DNA from: Nitrosopumilus sp. | Lineage (GTDB): Archaea > Thermoproteota > Nitrososphaeria > Nitrososphaerales > Nitrosopumilaceae | Length of the DNA: 64,000 nucleotides | Reading direction: 5' to 3' | Assembly: GCA_965218785.1 (NCBI GenBank) | Contig: OZ244650.1 | Coordinates: 1,056,001-1,120,000, forward strand | Shown: positions 1 through 11,088 of the stretch, one piece after another | Numbering within the stretch: the first letter of the stretch is position 1 | Layout: each line of letters opens with the position of its first letter | Notes under the pieces: generated by a model | What the model saw: the letters and a program-made list of their open reading frames with translations, nothing else | What the model was told of the DNA's origin: nothing | Databases searched by the model: none | Program-made: the position numbers and the translations under genes

Positions 1-457
1 CGATGTCTGGATAGCCGGCATCGGCCAGCAGACCATTTCTGCAGGCTTTGCAAAAAACCCGTCGTTTGTCTCGATGGATTCAAGCAGGACTGCCTGCACT
101 GCGGCATTAAACATGGCAGATCACACGGTCCAGGATGTGGATGTTGCCGAGGTACATGATGCATTTTCAGTCTGTGAGCCGATGGCACTGGAATCCATGG
201 GATTCTCCAAGAAGGGCCGCGGAACAGACATGATCCGGGAACTGCATGAAACAGATAATTTTAAAATTAATCCCAGAGGCGGCCTGATTGGTGCGGGGCA
301 TCCGCTTGGCGCAACAGGCATAGCACAGACCATCGAGATCACACAACAACTCTCAGATAAGGCCGGAAAAAGACAGGTCGATAACGCAGGGGTGGGCCTG
401 GTTCACAACATGTCAGCGGCAGCTACATCCTCCACGGTACTGGTGCTCAAACGATGA
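1..457 (+). CDS. Thiolase (acetyl-CoA C-acetyltransferase family), 5'-truncated by window edge
   Basis: Frame is open from position 2; C-terminal thiolase motifs EVHDAF and INPRGGLIGAGHPLGATG. Confidence 0.9.
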   Translation, partial: DVWIAGIGQQTISAGFAKNPSFVSMDSSRTACTAALNMADHTVQDVDVAEVHDAFSVCEPMALESMGFSKKGRGTDMIRELHETDNFKINPRGGLIGAGHPLGATGIAQTIEITQQLSDKAGKRQVDNAGVGLVHNMSAAATSSTVLVLKR

Positions 458-762
458 GTTTTGACTCGGAACTGGCAAGGGGGATTTTTTTGATGCCACA
501 ATGTGACAGCTGCAAAAAGACAGTATGGCCCCCCTCGGAGTTCTGCAGTGGGTGTTTTGGTCCCACCACGCTAAAAAAGTGGGATCACGATGGCAGAGTC
601 AAGGAATTTTCAAGGAAGGACGGACAGTATTTCTGCGTTGTCGAACTAGAAAAGACAGTCAGAATCATGGCAAAGATTTCAACGATGCCGGAGATTGATC
701 AATCCGTAAAGATCACAGGATGCGGCATTAAAGACGGCAGTTATTTTTTTCATGTCAGCTGA
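454..762 (+). CDS. DUF35-type Zn-ribbon/OB-fold protein
   Basis: CxxC...PP...CxxC followed by an OB-like region; ATGA overlap with the thiolase. Confidence 0.8.
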   Translation: MSFDSELARGIFLMPQCDSCKKTVWPPSEFCSGCFGPTTLKKWDHDGRVKEFSRKDGQYFCVVELEKTVRIMAKISTMPEIDQSVKITGCGIKDGSYFFHVS

Positions 763-1579
763 ATTTCGTATAGATGTAAGGCGTTTGTACTTTTTGATCA
801 AACGTCCATGCAGTAGGCAGTGAAACGGTGTCAGTTACCATCAGTTCATATTTTTTGATCAGCGTGCCCCACCCGCCGTTTTCAATGTTTGCAGAAAGAT
901 CTCTCTTTGAGTTACTCCCTGCAAAAACAATCCCTGCATTTTCTGCAAGATTTGGAATTGACTGAATTCTTTCAATGATGCTGGCTGCCAGAATATCTCC
1001 GCCCATTTGTGGCAGTCCTCCAATAAAAAATACGGGGTGTGTCAGATTCAGTTTTTGATAATCAAACTCCATCGCATCAGCACAGACAGGATTAAAGTTC
1101 CGGCCCGTGGACTTGCATATGGTGTTTTGCAGATCCACCAGATGCTCGTCAATCTCGATGCTGTGCGTCTGCAGACCAAACAATCCCCCGCAATATGCGA
1201 TTCGCCCGTCGCCTGAACCGATATCCACCAGTTCATTATACCCCAATTCACAGGCCAGTCCCGTCATGAGATATGCGGAGATTATCCACGTCGGATAAAA
1301 CGGCTGGCAGCTTGAACCGTGTTTGATGCTGTCCAGCCAGTAATCGTTAATATCCCCCTCATATATCGTGCATGACACATCAGAGACCGTATCATCAAAA
1401 TGATTGTGATATATTGGATTTTTCCGTGCAAACTGATGCAGTGGCAGGATATGCTCATCTGAAAGTGGCATCTGTTCTGAGCGGTTTTTGGGGAGAAACT
1501 CCTGAATGTGTGCGTTTCCAGAATAGCTTTCCGCAAATTCCTGCCGGAGTAATCCCACCTTTTTTATCAGTGCATGCAT
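755..1579 (-). CDS. Putative class I SAM-dependent methyltransferase
   Basis: LVDIGSGDGR motif I, SIEID motif II, ADAM. Confidence 0.65.
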   Translation of the reverse strand: MHALIKKVGLLRQEFAESYSGNAHIQEFLPKNRSEQMPLSDEHILPLHQFARKNPIYHNHFDDTVSDVSCTIYEGDINDYWLDSIKHGSSCQPFYPTWIISAYLMTGLACELGYNELVDIGSGDGRIAYCGGLFGLQTHSIEIDEHLVDLQNTICKSTGRNFNPVCADAMEFDYQKLNLTHPVFFIGGLPQMGGDILAASIIERIQSIPNLAENAGIVFAGSNSKRDLSANIENGGWGTLIKKYELMVTDTVSLPTAWTFDQKVQTPYIYTKFS

Positions 1580-1877
1580 CTATCTTGAGGGACTGTGGGG
1601 GGTTTGATAACTTTTGCATCACTGATGGTTGCGTGATACCCCGTATTTTTTTGCTTGAATTTATCTGCATGACTATCATGTTATTTTGTTTTTGACATCC
1701 GGCAGATTCATACACCACACCCTAGGATCAAACCGTTGTTTCTGAGATGATCATCCCTGATGAATCATCTGAAATTATCGCAAATCCGGAATTACCATAT
1801 AACATTGTGTAACTGCCGTATTTTGACAGGTTATTGTCAAATTACCTACATTACTATATGTCAGAAGACTAGAACAG

Positions 1878-2447
1878 TTGTTGAAAAGCAAGTACGCATC
1901 CGTCACGGTTCAAAAACAAAGGATTACATCAAAAACCCGCAAAAACAACATCAAAGCCGCACGCATGCGCAGACAGCGTGGGTATCAATGGGAGGATACC
2001 ATCGTAAAGAGATTCAACGGCGCCCCCCAGTGGAGGGCATTTCGACTGGGTTCTCCAAGTATTGCACTGCCAGACGTACTTGCAGTAAATACCATGGAGA
2101 GTTCGATATGTACGATCGAGGCAAAATCCGGTACGAGTACATCCCTGGCCGTACCTTTTGATCAGATTGAGAGGTGTCTTGACTGGATCAAGACATTTGA
2201 TATTTACAAAAACAGAAAGGTGCTGCTTGCCTTTAAATTTCTTTCAAAGAAAAGAATAGGTTTGGGACAGTATGAACACAGGGAGTTGCGGGAGTTCTTC
2301 AAGGTATGGGATATGAATCTGAAAATTACTGATTGTGTCTGTACGTATGATGGTCTGTTTTACGCCAAGATCAACGGGTCTAGAAAGGTGCTGCCATTAA
2401 AAGACGCCATTATGCCATTTAAGACAAAGCAGCGTGTGCCTAATTAA
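1878..2447 (+). CDS. Hjc-like Holliday junction resolvase / PD-(D/E)XK nuclease
   Basis: RGYQWE...LPDVLA...IEAKS motif pattern. Confidence 0.75.
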   Translation: MLKSKYASVTVQKQRITSKTRKNNIKAARMRRQRGYQWEDTIVKRFNGAPQWRAFRLGSPSIALPDVLAVNTMESSICTIEAKSGTSTSLAVPFDQIERCLDWIKTFDIYKNRKVLLAFKFLSKKRIGLGQYEHRELREFFKVWDMNLKITDCVCTYDGLFYAKINGSRKVLPLKDAIMPFKTKQRVPN

Positions 2448-2622
2448 CGAGATCAAGGCATTCATTTTTTGATGGAACTTTTGATTGGGTGTGTGCCTTC
2501 AATGAAACACCAAATGCTCAACTATATCAATAAACAACCTGAAGACAAGATAAAACGACATTAAGTTAGGCAGTAATCTACCAACTTTCAAATCATTTTT
2601 TAAGGACAAGGTACAGGTACAA

Positions 2623-3069
2623 ATGTTGTCTGAAGATAAAACAGAGCACAGCGAAATAAACTCCGAATCGCTATTAGAGACAGTATCTGATGCCAAAGTC
2701 AATTCAAGGGTCAGTTTTGAGGAATTCACTGATGAAAGAACGCTGATCAGCCATGATGCTTTTGGAAATAAACAGATGAAGATCAAGGTGATAGAAGTTT
2801 CTGATGAAATATCCCCCTCCAAATGGAAGTTCGGGGACAGGGTCAAAGTGACCAAGATATTGATAACTGTAAGGCACCTCACAACGCAGGAGGTCGAGGA
2901 AGCAGAGTTTGATATCGAGTCCATAGAAAGGGAACTGGCCGAAAAGAGACACTACAGTTCAACGAACAGATGGATTCCTACAAACGATATAAAAAACGGG
3001 TATGTCATAGGTTCAAAACACACCAGATTAATCAGTGACGCTTCGGCACTTGACTATATTACATTTTGA
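2623..3069 (+). CDS. Hypothetical protein
   Basis: 148-aa ORF with typical codon usage; TTTTTAA box upstream. Confidence 0.7.
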   Translation: MLSEDKTEHSEINSESLLETVSDAKVNSRVSFEEFTDERTLISHDAFGNKQMKIKVIEVSDEISPSKWKFGDRVKVTKILITVRHLTTQEVEEAEFDIESIERELAEKRHYSSTNRWIPTNDIKNGYVIGSKHTRLISDASALDYITF

Positions 3070-3135
3070 TTAAACCACAGCTCGGATCATTTTTCTCTGA
3101 AAAACATTATAAACAAAAGAATTTGAAAATAATAT

Positions 3136-3453
3136 ATGAGTTCAAAGGTGTTCAAAGTCAACGGAACCGATTACAGTGTCTTCCTGACTGAACAGATAAT
3201 CGGCCATGTAAACAACCTCAAAAGCCTCTATAATGTGGCATATGAGGATCCGGAAAGCTTTGAGGATGTCAGTGCTGAAATTTCAAATACGATTAATGAG
3301 ATTGCAGGAAACGTAGAGCCTTCTGTGGGTGATAGTGATCTTGACGGACTCATCCAGGAGATCATAAAGGCTGTGGACAAAAAAGCCGAAGAGATTGAAA
3401 AAGAGCTGGAAGTGAAAGAAAAACCCAGGAAAAAACCAAAGGCTAAAAAATAA
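3136..3453 (+). CDS. Hypothetical protein (helical, basic C-terminus)
   Basis: 105-aa ORF; TTATAAA about 25 nt upstream. Confidence 0.7.
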   Translation: MSSKVFKVNGTDYSVFLTEQIIGHVNNLKSLYNVAYEDPESFEDVSAEISNTINEIAGNVEPSVGDSDLDGLIQEIIKAVDKKAEEIEKELEVKEKPRKKPKAKK

Positions 3454-3522
3454 TCTCATTTGACCTTAAACTCATAAAAAATTGGGGTATGTGTTATAAT
3501 CGAAAACAATCCAACCCACATC

Positions 3523-3639
3523 ATGTCTGGAAGTTGTGAGTGTGGGATTTGCGCCCATCATAATGAATCCGAATGTATTGAAAAAGAATGCAAGTGCTGT
3601 CTGAATTTTCATGAAAGATCAGGCCCAAAACTAAAATGA
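3523..3639 (+). CDS. Cys/His-rich microprotein, metallothionein-like (MSGSCECGICAHHNESECIEKECKCCLNFHERSGPKLK)
   Basis: Translated by hand (below the ORF-track cutoff); TTATAAT about 25 nt upstream; 7 Cys. Confidence 0.65.
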   Translation: MSGSCECGICAHHNESECIEKECKCCLNFHERSGPKLK

Positions 3640-3646
3640 TTGTTTT

Positions 3647-3754
3647 TTAATCGTCTTCTCCGGTATGGCATCTGCATTTTTTTAATAAATGTCTGGAACA
3701 TCCAAACAGCCTGTGCTCTTTGCATCCGCACAAAATGCATTTTTTTCCCGTCAT
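3647..3754 (-). CDS. Cys-rich microprotein (MTGKKCILCGCKEHRLFGCSRHLLKKCRCHTGEDD)
   Basis: Translated by hand; ATGA overlap with the stop of 3751..4125; CxxCxC and CxCH. Confidence 0.55.
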   Translation of the reverse strand: MTGKKCILCGCKEHRLFGCSRHLLKKCRCHTGEDD

Positions 3755-4125
3755 AATTTTTTGATCATCTCCGCCACGTTTTCCATCATCTTCCGATCCT
3801 CCAGGGTTTCTAGTATCTTTAGTCTCATGTTTTTGATCCTCCCGACATCGCTGGAATATAACGTGGCCATCGTTTCAATCTCCTGTTCAAAATAATAGTT
3901 ATCCAGGTAGTGCTGGAACTTTGATTCGAGTGTTCTAAAATCAGAGGACTGGATCTTTTCCGTATTTGTTTTTCTTATTATAACTTTTAAAAACCCGTTG
4001 ATCTTCAACATCTCTTTTTTGATTTTATCTAGATCCTCGGGCTTGTCCTGTGTTTCTTTAAGAACGGTGTAAGAATCAGATATCTGGCCTAGGATGTTCT
4101 TTATGTATTCGTTGTAAGTAACCAT
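3751..4125 (-). CDS. Hypothetical protein
   Basis: 124-aa helical ORF. Confidence 0.7.
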   Translation of the reverse strand: MVTYNEYIKNILGQISDSYTVLKETQDKPEDLDKIKKEMLKINGFLKVIIRKTNTEKIQSSDFRTLESKFQHYLDNYYFEQEIETMATLYSSDVGRIKNMRLKILETLEDRKMMENVAEMIKKL

Positions 4126-4432
4126 GATACTTTTTTTTAAAATTAATCCAATCTAAATATTACCAATGTGGTTTTAGATTATTTTCAGGCAGTAATCTTA
4201 TAAAACACGTAAAATGGCAACAAATCCCATCATAGTCCGGCAAAACAGGTTTCAGATGGTATCCCGGTGATATCAACAGGTTTGAGAGCATATTATTCAG
4301 GAGGCATCATTCTGTTTTCCTGTGGAACCACAAGTCGGCCTGATGATCATAAATTCTAGACGGACCCGCTTTTCGTGCAAAATATTCACTCATTGGAGAA
4401 TCCTTATTACAGATGGATGATAATCAGTCTTG

Positions 4433-4534
4433 ATGGAAAAAGAGATCAAATGTCCGTACTGTGATTCCATATTTGAAAACAGTCAGGACTATAACAAGCA
4501 CATTGACAAAATCCACAACAACTCGCTGACCTAG
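4433..4534 (+). CDS. C2H2 zinc-finger microprotein (MEKEIKCPYCDSIFENSQDYNKHIDKIHNNSLT)
   Basis: CPYC-x3-F-x8-H-x4-H spacing; CTTATTA about 25 nt upstream. Confidence 0.7.
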   Translation: MEKEIKCPYCDSIFENSQDYNKHIDKIHNNSLT

Positions 4535-4900
4535 GATTTACATTTGTAACGAACTAGAGATACCAATGAAATTCTGCCTTTCCAAACTGATTCAACTAGT
4601 TGGTATCATTCTGCCCTGTTCCATTTCAAGACAGGTTCTTGAGAATCAATCAAGCAGACCGGTTTTGCTCCCGGAACGGCTCTCTTAGAGTGCCATCTGA
4701 TCAAATCTGATTTGAGATTCCCAGTTGATTTAGAATCATTACTATCCCAAGGTCGGCCAAACCTGACTGCAGACCATTTTTTCCAAACTGCCTCGCAGCA
4801 GATACATGCCTCACTGGATTTGGCATCTGCCAAAAGATTGGAAACCATCTGCAAAATTTGCACATTTGCTTTAAATTATCAGCAATATTCCCCAAGAACA

Positions 4901-6238
4901 ATGCAGGGCGACGCATATCTGAAATGCATAGATCCCAACTGTGGTCTGGAATATCCAATAGACAGTACAAACGTCCAGTGTGAAAAAGGGCACATGCTAG
5001 ATGTCATATACAAGAACAGTCCCTCCAGTGATCTTAAAGAGGTATTTTACAAGAGACGAAATCCACAGGACAACATCTTCAATGAGAGCGGGGTTTGGAG
5101 GTTCAGGGAGCTGCTAAACTTCCCCCAGATAGACACGGAAGATATTGCAGAGTGCTCAAAGCATCTGGTATCCCTTGACGGCGCAGAAGGAAGGCAGTCA
5201 AAACCGTACCACATGTCAAAAGCCGCAGAATTCATAGGAATTTCAAATGACGCCCTGTGGTTACAGCCAGAAGGATACAATCCAAGCGGCTCCTTCAAAG
5301 ATAACGGGATGGCAACGGCAGTAACCCATGCCAAGATGGTCGGTGCAAAAAAAATTGTTTGTGCATCCACTGGAAACACGTCGGCTTCTGCAGGAATGTT
5401 TGCAGCAAATGAAGGAATAAACTGCGATGTCTACATACCTGCAGGACAAATCGCACCGGGAAAACTCAGTCAGGCATACCAGTTTGGCGCCCAGATAATC
5501 GAAGTTGACGGGAATTTTGATGACGCATTAAAGCAGTCACTTCAAGACGCGCAAAATCATGACGGTTACACCGTAAACTCTATCAATCCGTTTAGAATAG
5601 AAGGACAGAAAACGATTCCGTTTAGGGCATTGGAATATCTCAACTGGGAGGCACCAGACTGGATTGTTTATCCCGGAGGGGCACTTGGAAACACGTCAAG
5701 CTGCGGAAAGGCTCTGATGGAGCTTTATGAATGGGGATGGATAAAAAAAATTCCAAGGATAGCGGTGATCAACTCAAATGGTGCAAGCACGTTGTCTGAT
5801 TTGTATAACGGTAAATTCGAGGGCGAAGAACTCCGGTGGAACAAGGGCAGCCCAAACACAGAGTTAATCACCAGGTATTACGAGCACATGGAAAAGGAGG
5901 GACTACGGCCAAAGACCAAGGCGACTGCAATCCAGATAGGACGACCTGCAAACATCCTAAAGGGGTTGAGGGCGCTAGAGTTCACAGACGGGGTCGTCAC
6001 CACCGTCTCTGATTCAGAGATGCTCGATGGCATGTCAGTTGTAGGTCTTAACGGGTTTGACTGCGAGATGGCATCAGGGGCATCAGTGGTTGGCATCAAG
6101 AAGCTGATCGGCGAAGGAATAATCAAAAAAGACGACGTGGTAGTCGGAATCCTTACAGGCAGGCAGAAAGACGCGATGCTTCCCGTGGAATATCACAGTA
6201 AACAGGAAAACAAGTTTGCCAGACCGCCAAAAAACTAG
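4901..6238 (+). CDS. thrC: Threonine synthase
   Basis: NPSGSFKD PLP-lysine motif, CASTGNT, EGQKT; likely start is ATG 4901 (MQGDAYLKC). Confidence 0.92.
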   Translation: MQGDAYLKCIDPNCGLEYPIDSTNVQCEKGHMLDVIYKNSPSSDLKEVFYKRRNPQDNIFNESGVWRFRELLNFPQIDTEDIAECSKHLVSLDGAEGRQSKPYHMSKAAEFIGISNDALWLQPEGYNPSGSFKDNGMATAVTHAKMVGAKKIVCASTGNTSASAGMFAANEGINCDVYIPAGQIAPGKLSQAYQFGAQIIEVDGNFDDALKQSLQDAQNHDGYTVNSINPFRIEGQKTIPFRALEYLNWEAPDWIVYPGGALGNTSSCGKALMELYEWGWIKKIPRIAVINSNGASTLSDLYNGKFEGEELRWNKGSPNTELITRYYEHMEKEGLRPKTKATAIQIGRPANILKGLRALEFTDGVVTTVSDSEMLDGMSVVGLNGFDCEMASGASVVGIKKLIGEGIIKKDDVVVGILTGRQKDAMLPVEYHSKQENKFARPPKN

Positions 6239-6393
6239 TCATGGTTTTCAGGCTCGGATAATCCGGAATTATCTTTACATCTCAAGGTTTAAATCTGATT
6301 TTTATGAATTTATTGTAACCTAGAGATGGTGTCAAAAAACTAAATGTATGACGTTATAGTTGTGCTAAAGATTTTTCAGAGGAGGAGGAGAAC

Positions 6394-7646
6394 ATGGTAG
6401 ATTTATGGGTTGAAATTACAGCGCTAGCTGTTTTAATCGGCCTGTCGGGATTTTTCAGCGGACTGGAAGTCGCGCTGGTAGGGGTAAGAAAATCCAAGGT
6501 GGTCCAGCTGCTCAACAAGGGAAAAAAGGGCGCAAAGGCGCTGCACAAGCTAAAAACAAATCCAAGCTGGATGATGTCAAGTGTGAACTTGGGCAACAAC
6601 CTGGCAAATGTCGGGGGATCCGCACTTGCTACAAGCATAGCCATCAGGCTGTTTGGAGACGACGGGCTGGGAATCGCAGTAGGAATAATGACATTCCTGA
6701 TTCTGGTATTCGGGGAGATCACCCCAAAAACATACTGCAATGCCAATGCGACAAAGATTGCATTAAGATACGCACCGGTACTGCTGGCGTTTAGCTATGT
6801 GTTTTATCCGGTGGTGAAATTCTTTGAGACCATTACAAGGGGCGTGGTCAAACTGACTGGCAGCAGTTATACGCCTCCGCCAATTACCGAGAGAGGATAT
6901 CAGGGGGGTTGTTGAACAGGGCATGGCAGAAAAAGCAATCGAAAAAGAGGAGATGGAACTAGTCCACGGGGCATTAAAGTTCGATGATACTGTAATCCGT
7001 TCCGTGATGACTCCGAGGACAAAGATGTTTACACTCAATGCAAAGATGCTTCTTTTTGAGGCGCTTCCGCAGATTAATCAAAGCGGACATTCGCGCATTC
7101 CAATTTACGGGAATACCAGTGATGATATCGTCGGTTTCATCCATGCCAGGGACGTTCTCAAGGAACTCGAAAAAGACAACAGGATGACAACCCTTGAGCA
7201 GATTGCAAGAAAGCCCGTATTTGCATCACAGGAGAAGATGGTCAGCTCCCTGCTAAAAGAGATGAAGGGAAGAAAGACGCACATGGCAATCGTAGTTGAC
7301 GAGCACAGTGGCGTTGAAGGGCTGGTCACCCTGGAGGATCTGCTCGAGGAGATAGTCGGGGAGATAGAAGACGAGACGGATCTTACCCGGCCCACGGGTT
7401 ATGAGATAGTTGACAAGAATACGATAATTACCAACGGTGAGATCGAAATTGACGTGATTAATGAGATTTTCAAGACGCGGATTCAGACGGGGATGACTAT
7501 GCCTCGCTAAACGGATTATTACATGAAAGACTGCAGGATATACCCAAGAGGGCGACAAGATCAAAGTAGACGAACTTCAAATAATCGTTGAAAAGGTCTC
7601 AAAGAACATACCACAAAGAATCAGAATTGAAAAGATCAAGACCTAG
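6394..7646 (+). CDS. Hemolysin/CNNM family protein (DUF21-CBS-CorC), split by about 3 indels
   Basis: GFFSGLEVAL, GEITPK, VMTPR, HSRIP, TLEDLLEEIVGEIEDE; CorC tail (DYASLNGLL...KIKT*) continues in other frames to 7646. Confidence 0.85.
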
Positions 7647-8691
7647 TCTTCTTGGCAAAGCGTTCTTGCAGTTTTGTCTTTTTTTCCTTCATGTGAAAGA
7701 TTGATTCTGTATGCTCAAATGCCTCCTGATACGGTTTTTCAAAGAGCATCGCCTGCATCAGCATGTGGTTTTCAGGAATTACAATTCCGGTCTGATCATC
7801 AGAGTACATCATCTGGACCGTATCTCCTATGGATGTCGTCATGTTGGCGTGAATATGGATCATGTTGGTATCTGTAAAATGAAAACCCATGTCTTGGGCG
7901 TATCTCCTGACATCGCCGGTGCCCTTGGCAGTCCATAAGGTTGCCACTCCGAACTCGTTTGTAAAAACGTCGTGGATTTCAGAGGGTTTTGGTGCAGAAT
8001 CCCTGAATCGGACATCCAGGATGTGCAGGTGCATCTGTCTTGTCGGAACTTTGATTGCCCGGACAAAAAGGGGGGTGTCGCCTCCAAGATACGTCTTTAC
8101 GTCGTCCCCGTGATGCGGCTTTTCAGTCATTTCGATGGTGTCTGGGACGGATTTGTCTGTCTGTTCAATGTCTGCCCACCGCCTGATCAGGGTTACATCA
8201 AACCGGACCAGCCGGTCTCCGAATTTTGATCTGAGTGGTTCTAGAATCTTGCCCATTCCAGTTACGTTGCAGCTGCCCTGTATTACATGCCGTCTTCCCA
8301 GTATGTCATCATAGTTTACCCGGGAGTTAAAGAGTATCTCAGAGGCGCCGTCTTTTCCTACAGTCTCCCCGCCCTGGTAAATGGCAGGAATATTTTTTGG
8401 TTCATAGATGTTTTTTTTGTTTTTGTAACCATATCCTGCAGGTGCCGCATCTATTACCATATCACAGTCATCAAGGGCAGATTCGATGGTTCCTGACACA
8501 GGGAAATCCTTGAATTCACCCAGTCTTTGCTCAGGCACGTAGACATCCACCCCCCTGGAGAGTGCAGCGCGTATACCGTCATCCGGAGAGTATTTGCCAA
8601 CCCCGATTAGATTGATCTCGGGATCATCTTTGATAAATGCGGTAATTCTGCTCCCGATGGAGCCATACCCGTTTACAAAGACTTTTTTCAT
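7636..8691 (-). CDS. gap: Archaeal type II glyceraldehyde-3-phosphate dehydrogenase
   Basis: VNGYGSIG, YQGGE, catalytic SCN, RRWAD, IVIPEN. Confidence 0.88.
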   Translation of the reverse strand: MKKVFVNGYGSIGSRITAFIKDDPEINLIGVGKYSPDDGIRAALSRGVDVYVPEQRLGEFKDFPVSGTIESALDDCDMVIDAAPAGYGYKNKKNIYEPKNIPAIYQGGETVGKDGASEILFNSRVNYDDILGRRHVIQGSCNVTGMGKILEPLRSKFGDRLVRFDVTLIRRWADIEQTDKSVPDTIEMTEKPHHGDDVKTYLGGDTPLFVRAIKVPTRQMHLHILDVRFRDSAPKPSEIHDVFTNEFGVATLWTAKGTGDVRRYAQDMGFHFTDTNMIHIHANMTTSIGDTVQMMYSDDQTGIVIPENHMLMQAMLFEKPYQEAFEHTESIFHMKEKKTKLQERFAKKTRS

Positions 8692-8873
8692 ACATACACA
8701 CAGATCATCTTGTTTTTTTAGTTATTGTTGTAGTCGATGCCACGTGACCTTTATGCTGTAAGACTGATGATCTGACATGAACATAATTAAGAGAGAGAAC
8801 TGTAAAACCCGGTTCATAATCTAATCTGAAACCGGCAGATTCAGACACCCCACAAAAGACTAAATGTGCTGGA

Positions 8874-9611
8874 TTGACTCCTTCATTATTGATACACGGT
8901 CCTTCCCTGGGAATAGGCGCCATGATTGCATCTGTAACAATAATCGCAGTATTTTTAGGATTTGACGGAATTTTAAATGAACCAAAACTGATATTGGAAC
9001 CGGAACCAGGTACTGGAGGGAATGAATCACAAAAGATCACGGCTGCCACCTTCCTTGATAACGGCTCGCCTGTCCTCGGGGATCCAGACGCACCGATAAC
9101 CATGGTGGAGTTTGGAGACTATCAATGTCATTTCTGCAATGTGTTCTTTCATGATACGGAGAACCAGATTTTGGAAGAATATGTGAATACTGGAAAAGTA
9201 AAAATGATATTCAAGGATTATAACATAATAGGTCCGGATTCAATCAACGCGTCTCACGGGGCGCACTGTGCAGATGATCAAGGAGCGTTTTGGCAGTATC
9301 ACGATATACTATACTCGAATTGGACGGGTGAAAACAACGGATGGGCATCTTCAGAAAACCTGCTAAAATTTGCGCAGCAGGCAGACCTGGACGTTGATCA
9401 GTGGTCCGAATGCATGGCAGACGGACTGCACTCAAAAACCGTTGTTGCAAGTAACGAGGATGCAAAGTCGCTGGAACTAGGCGGAACCCCCGCGTTTTTT
9501 ATAATAGGTCCGGATGGTGAAACCACGCCGATCTTCGGTGCGCAGCCATTTGAATCGTTTGAGGAGATCTTTGAGATCGAGCTGGAGAAACTGCGATCAG
9601 TTGATGGGTAA
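8874..9611 (+). CDS. Membrane-anchored DsbA-family thiol-disulfide oxidoreductase
   Basis: N-terminal TM segment; GDPDAPITMVEFGDYQCHFC; GTP cis-Pro loop. Confidence 0.88.
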   Translation: MTPSLLIHGPSLGIGAMIASVTIIAVFLGFDGILNEPKLILEPEPGTGGNESQKITAATFLDNGSPVLGDPDAPITMVEFGDYQCHFCNVFFHDTENQILEEYVNTGKVKMIFKDYNIIGPDSINASHGAHCADDQGAFWQYHDILYSNWTGENNGWASSENLLKFAQQADLDVDQWSECMADGLHSKTVVASNEDAKSLELGGTPAFFIIGPDGETTPIFGAQPFESFEEIFEIELEKLRSVDG

Positions 9612-9694
9612 TAAGGCAAAAAACCATAAAACATCCCTCTAGCTAGCTAGAATTTACACAATATCCTTATTAGTGAATTATCGGAGCCAAGCTT

Positions 9695-11088
9695 ATGACG
9701 GCAGGAATAGATGACATTGCAATATACATCCCACGGTTATACATTGATGCGACTGATTTTGCGGCAGCAAGGGGGTTAGACCCGGTAAAATTACAAAAGG
9801 GTCTTGGCATATCGCAGATGGCAATGGTGGATGCCAACCAGGATCCCGCATGCCTTGCATCCAACGCCTGTCTGAAAATCATGCAGAAAAACAGGCTGTC
9901 TCCAGAAGACATTGGGAGGCTGTATGTTTCAACAGAATCATCCTTTGATGAATCAAAGGCGATGAACTCCTACGTAATCGGAATGCTAGAGCAGGTGTAT
10001 GGTCAGGGTGCCTTTGAGCATTGTGGCGGGATTGAGACCAAGTTTGCCTGCGTCAGCGGCTCGTATGCGTTGTATGACAATACAAACTGGATTCGGGCAG
10101 GAGAGGCAGAGGGGAAATACGCACTCGTAGTGGTATCAGATATTGCAAAATATGACATGGGTTCCAGCGGTGAATGACTCAGGGTGCGGGCTCTGTAGTG
10201 ATGCTTCTTAATGATACGCCAAGACTGCTGACATTTGATCCCAAGGTCACATCCACGTCAATCAAGGACGAATACGACTTTTACAGGCCATTTGGAAAAG
10301 AGACGCCGATTGTTCACGGCCAGTACTCCACACTGCTTTACATGATTCAGGTAAGAAAGGCGCTAGAGGCGTACAAGAAAAAGGTAATCTCAACAAGGCT
10401 GATCAACATAGAGCCAGGTGAGACGATACTGGATTCACATGGATTACATCAACATGCACCTGCCGTACAGCAACATGGGGACAAAGGCTCTGGCATACCT
10501 GGTCAGACATGAATGGCGCCAGCTTCCGCGCTGGAAGAAGGTCCTGCAGCAGATAGGTCTCGAGGAACCGGTGCCAAAAGATCGCGCGGAACGATCGAGT
10601 CGGTACTAAGTGACGAGGTGTTCATGACAAAAGACCACGAGTTTACCAAATTATTCTCAAAAACACCAGAGTTTCAGGAGATCTTTGAATCAAAACTAGA
10701 GAGCTCGCTTGTCGCATCCAGCATGATTGGAAACTTGTATACTGCGTCGCTGTATCTGGGATTTAGAAGCAGTCTGGAATTTGAATTTCAAAAAGGGATT
10801 GACCTGGAAGGCAAGCGCGTGGGATTCGGATCATACGGCAGTGGAAGCAGCGCGATGGTCTTTAGCGGGGTAATCCAGCCCGAGTATAAACAAGTGGTAA
10901 AGAACATGAATCTAGAGGCGGAAATTCACAACAGAAAAAGGCTTACCTGGGATGAATATGAGAAACTGCATGAAAACAAGCTGTCCCCCGAGGAGTCAAT
11001 GGTTCATACAAAAAAGGAGTTCGTCCTAATTGATGTAAAGACTGAAACAGAGACCAGGGGCGAGAGACGCTACGTCTTTAATGAGTGA
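9695..11088 (+). CDS. mvaS: Hydroxymethylglutaryl-CoA synthase, split by about 3 indels
   Basis: GIDDIAIYIP, KFACVSG (catalytic Cys), SDIAKY, TQGAG, HLPY, GNLYTAS, SYGSG across four consecutive ORFs. Confidence 0.9.

Noticed and set aside
1025-1652. AAAAAATACGGGGT and its reverse complement about 600 bp apart
   Set aside because: One copy lies inside a coding region, there is no transposase or target duplication, and chance is likely.
4712-4900. N-terminal extension of ThrC from TTG 4712
   Set aside because: A TTTAAA box lies about 25-30 nt before ATG 4901, where recognisable sequence begins.
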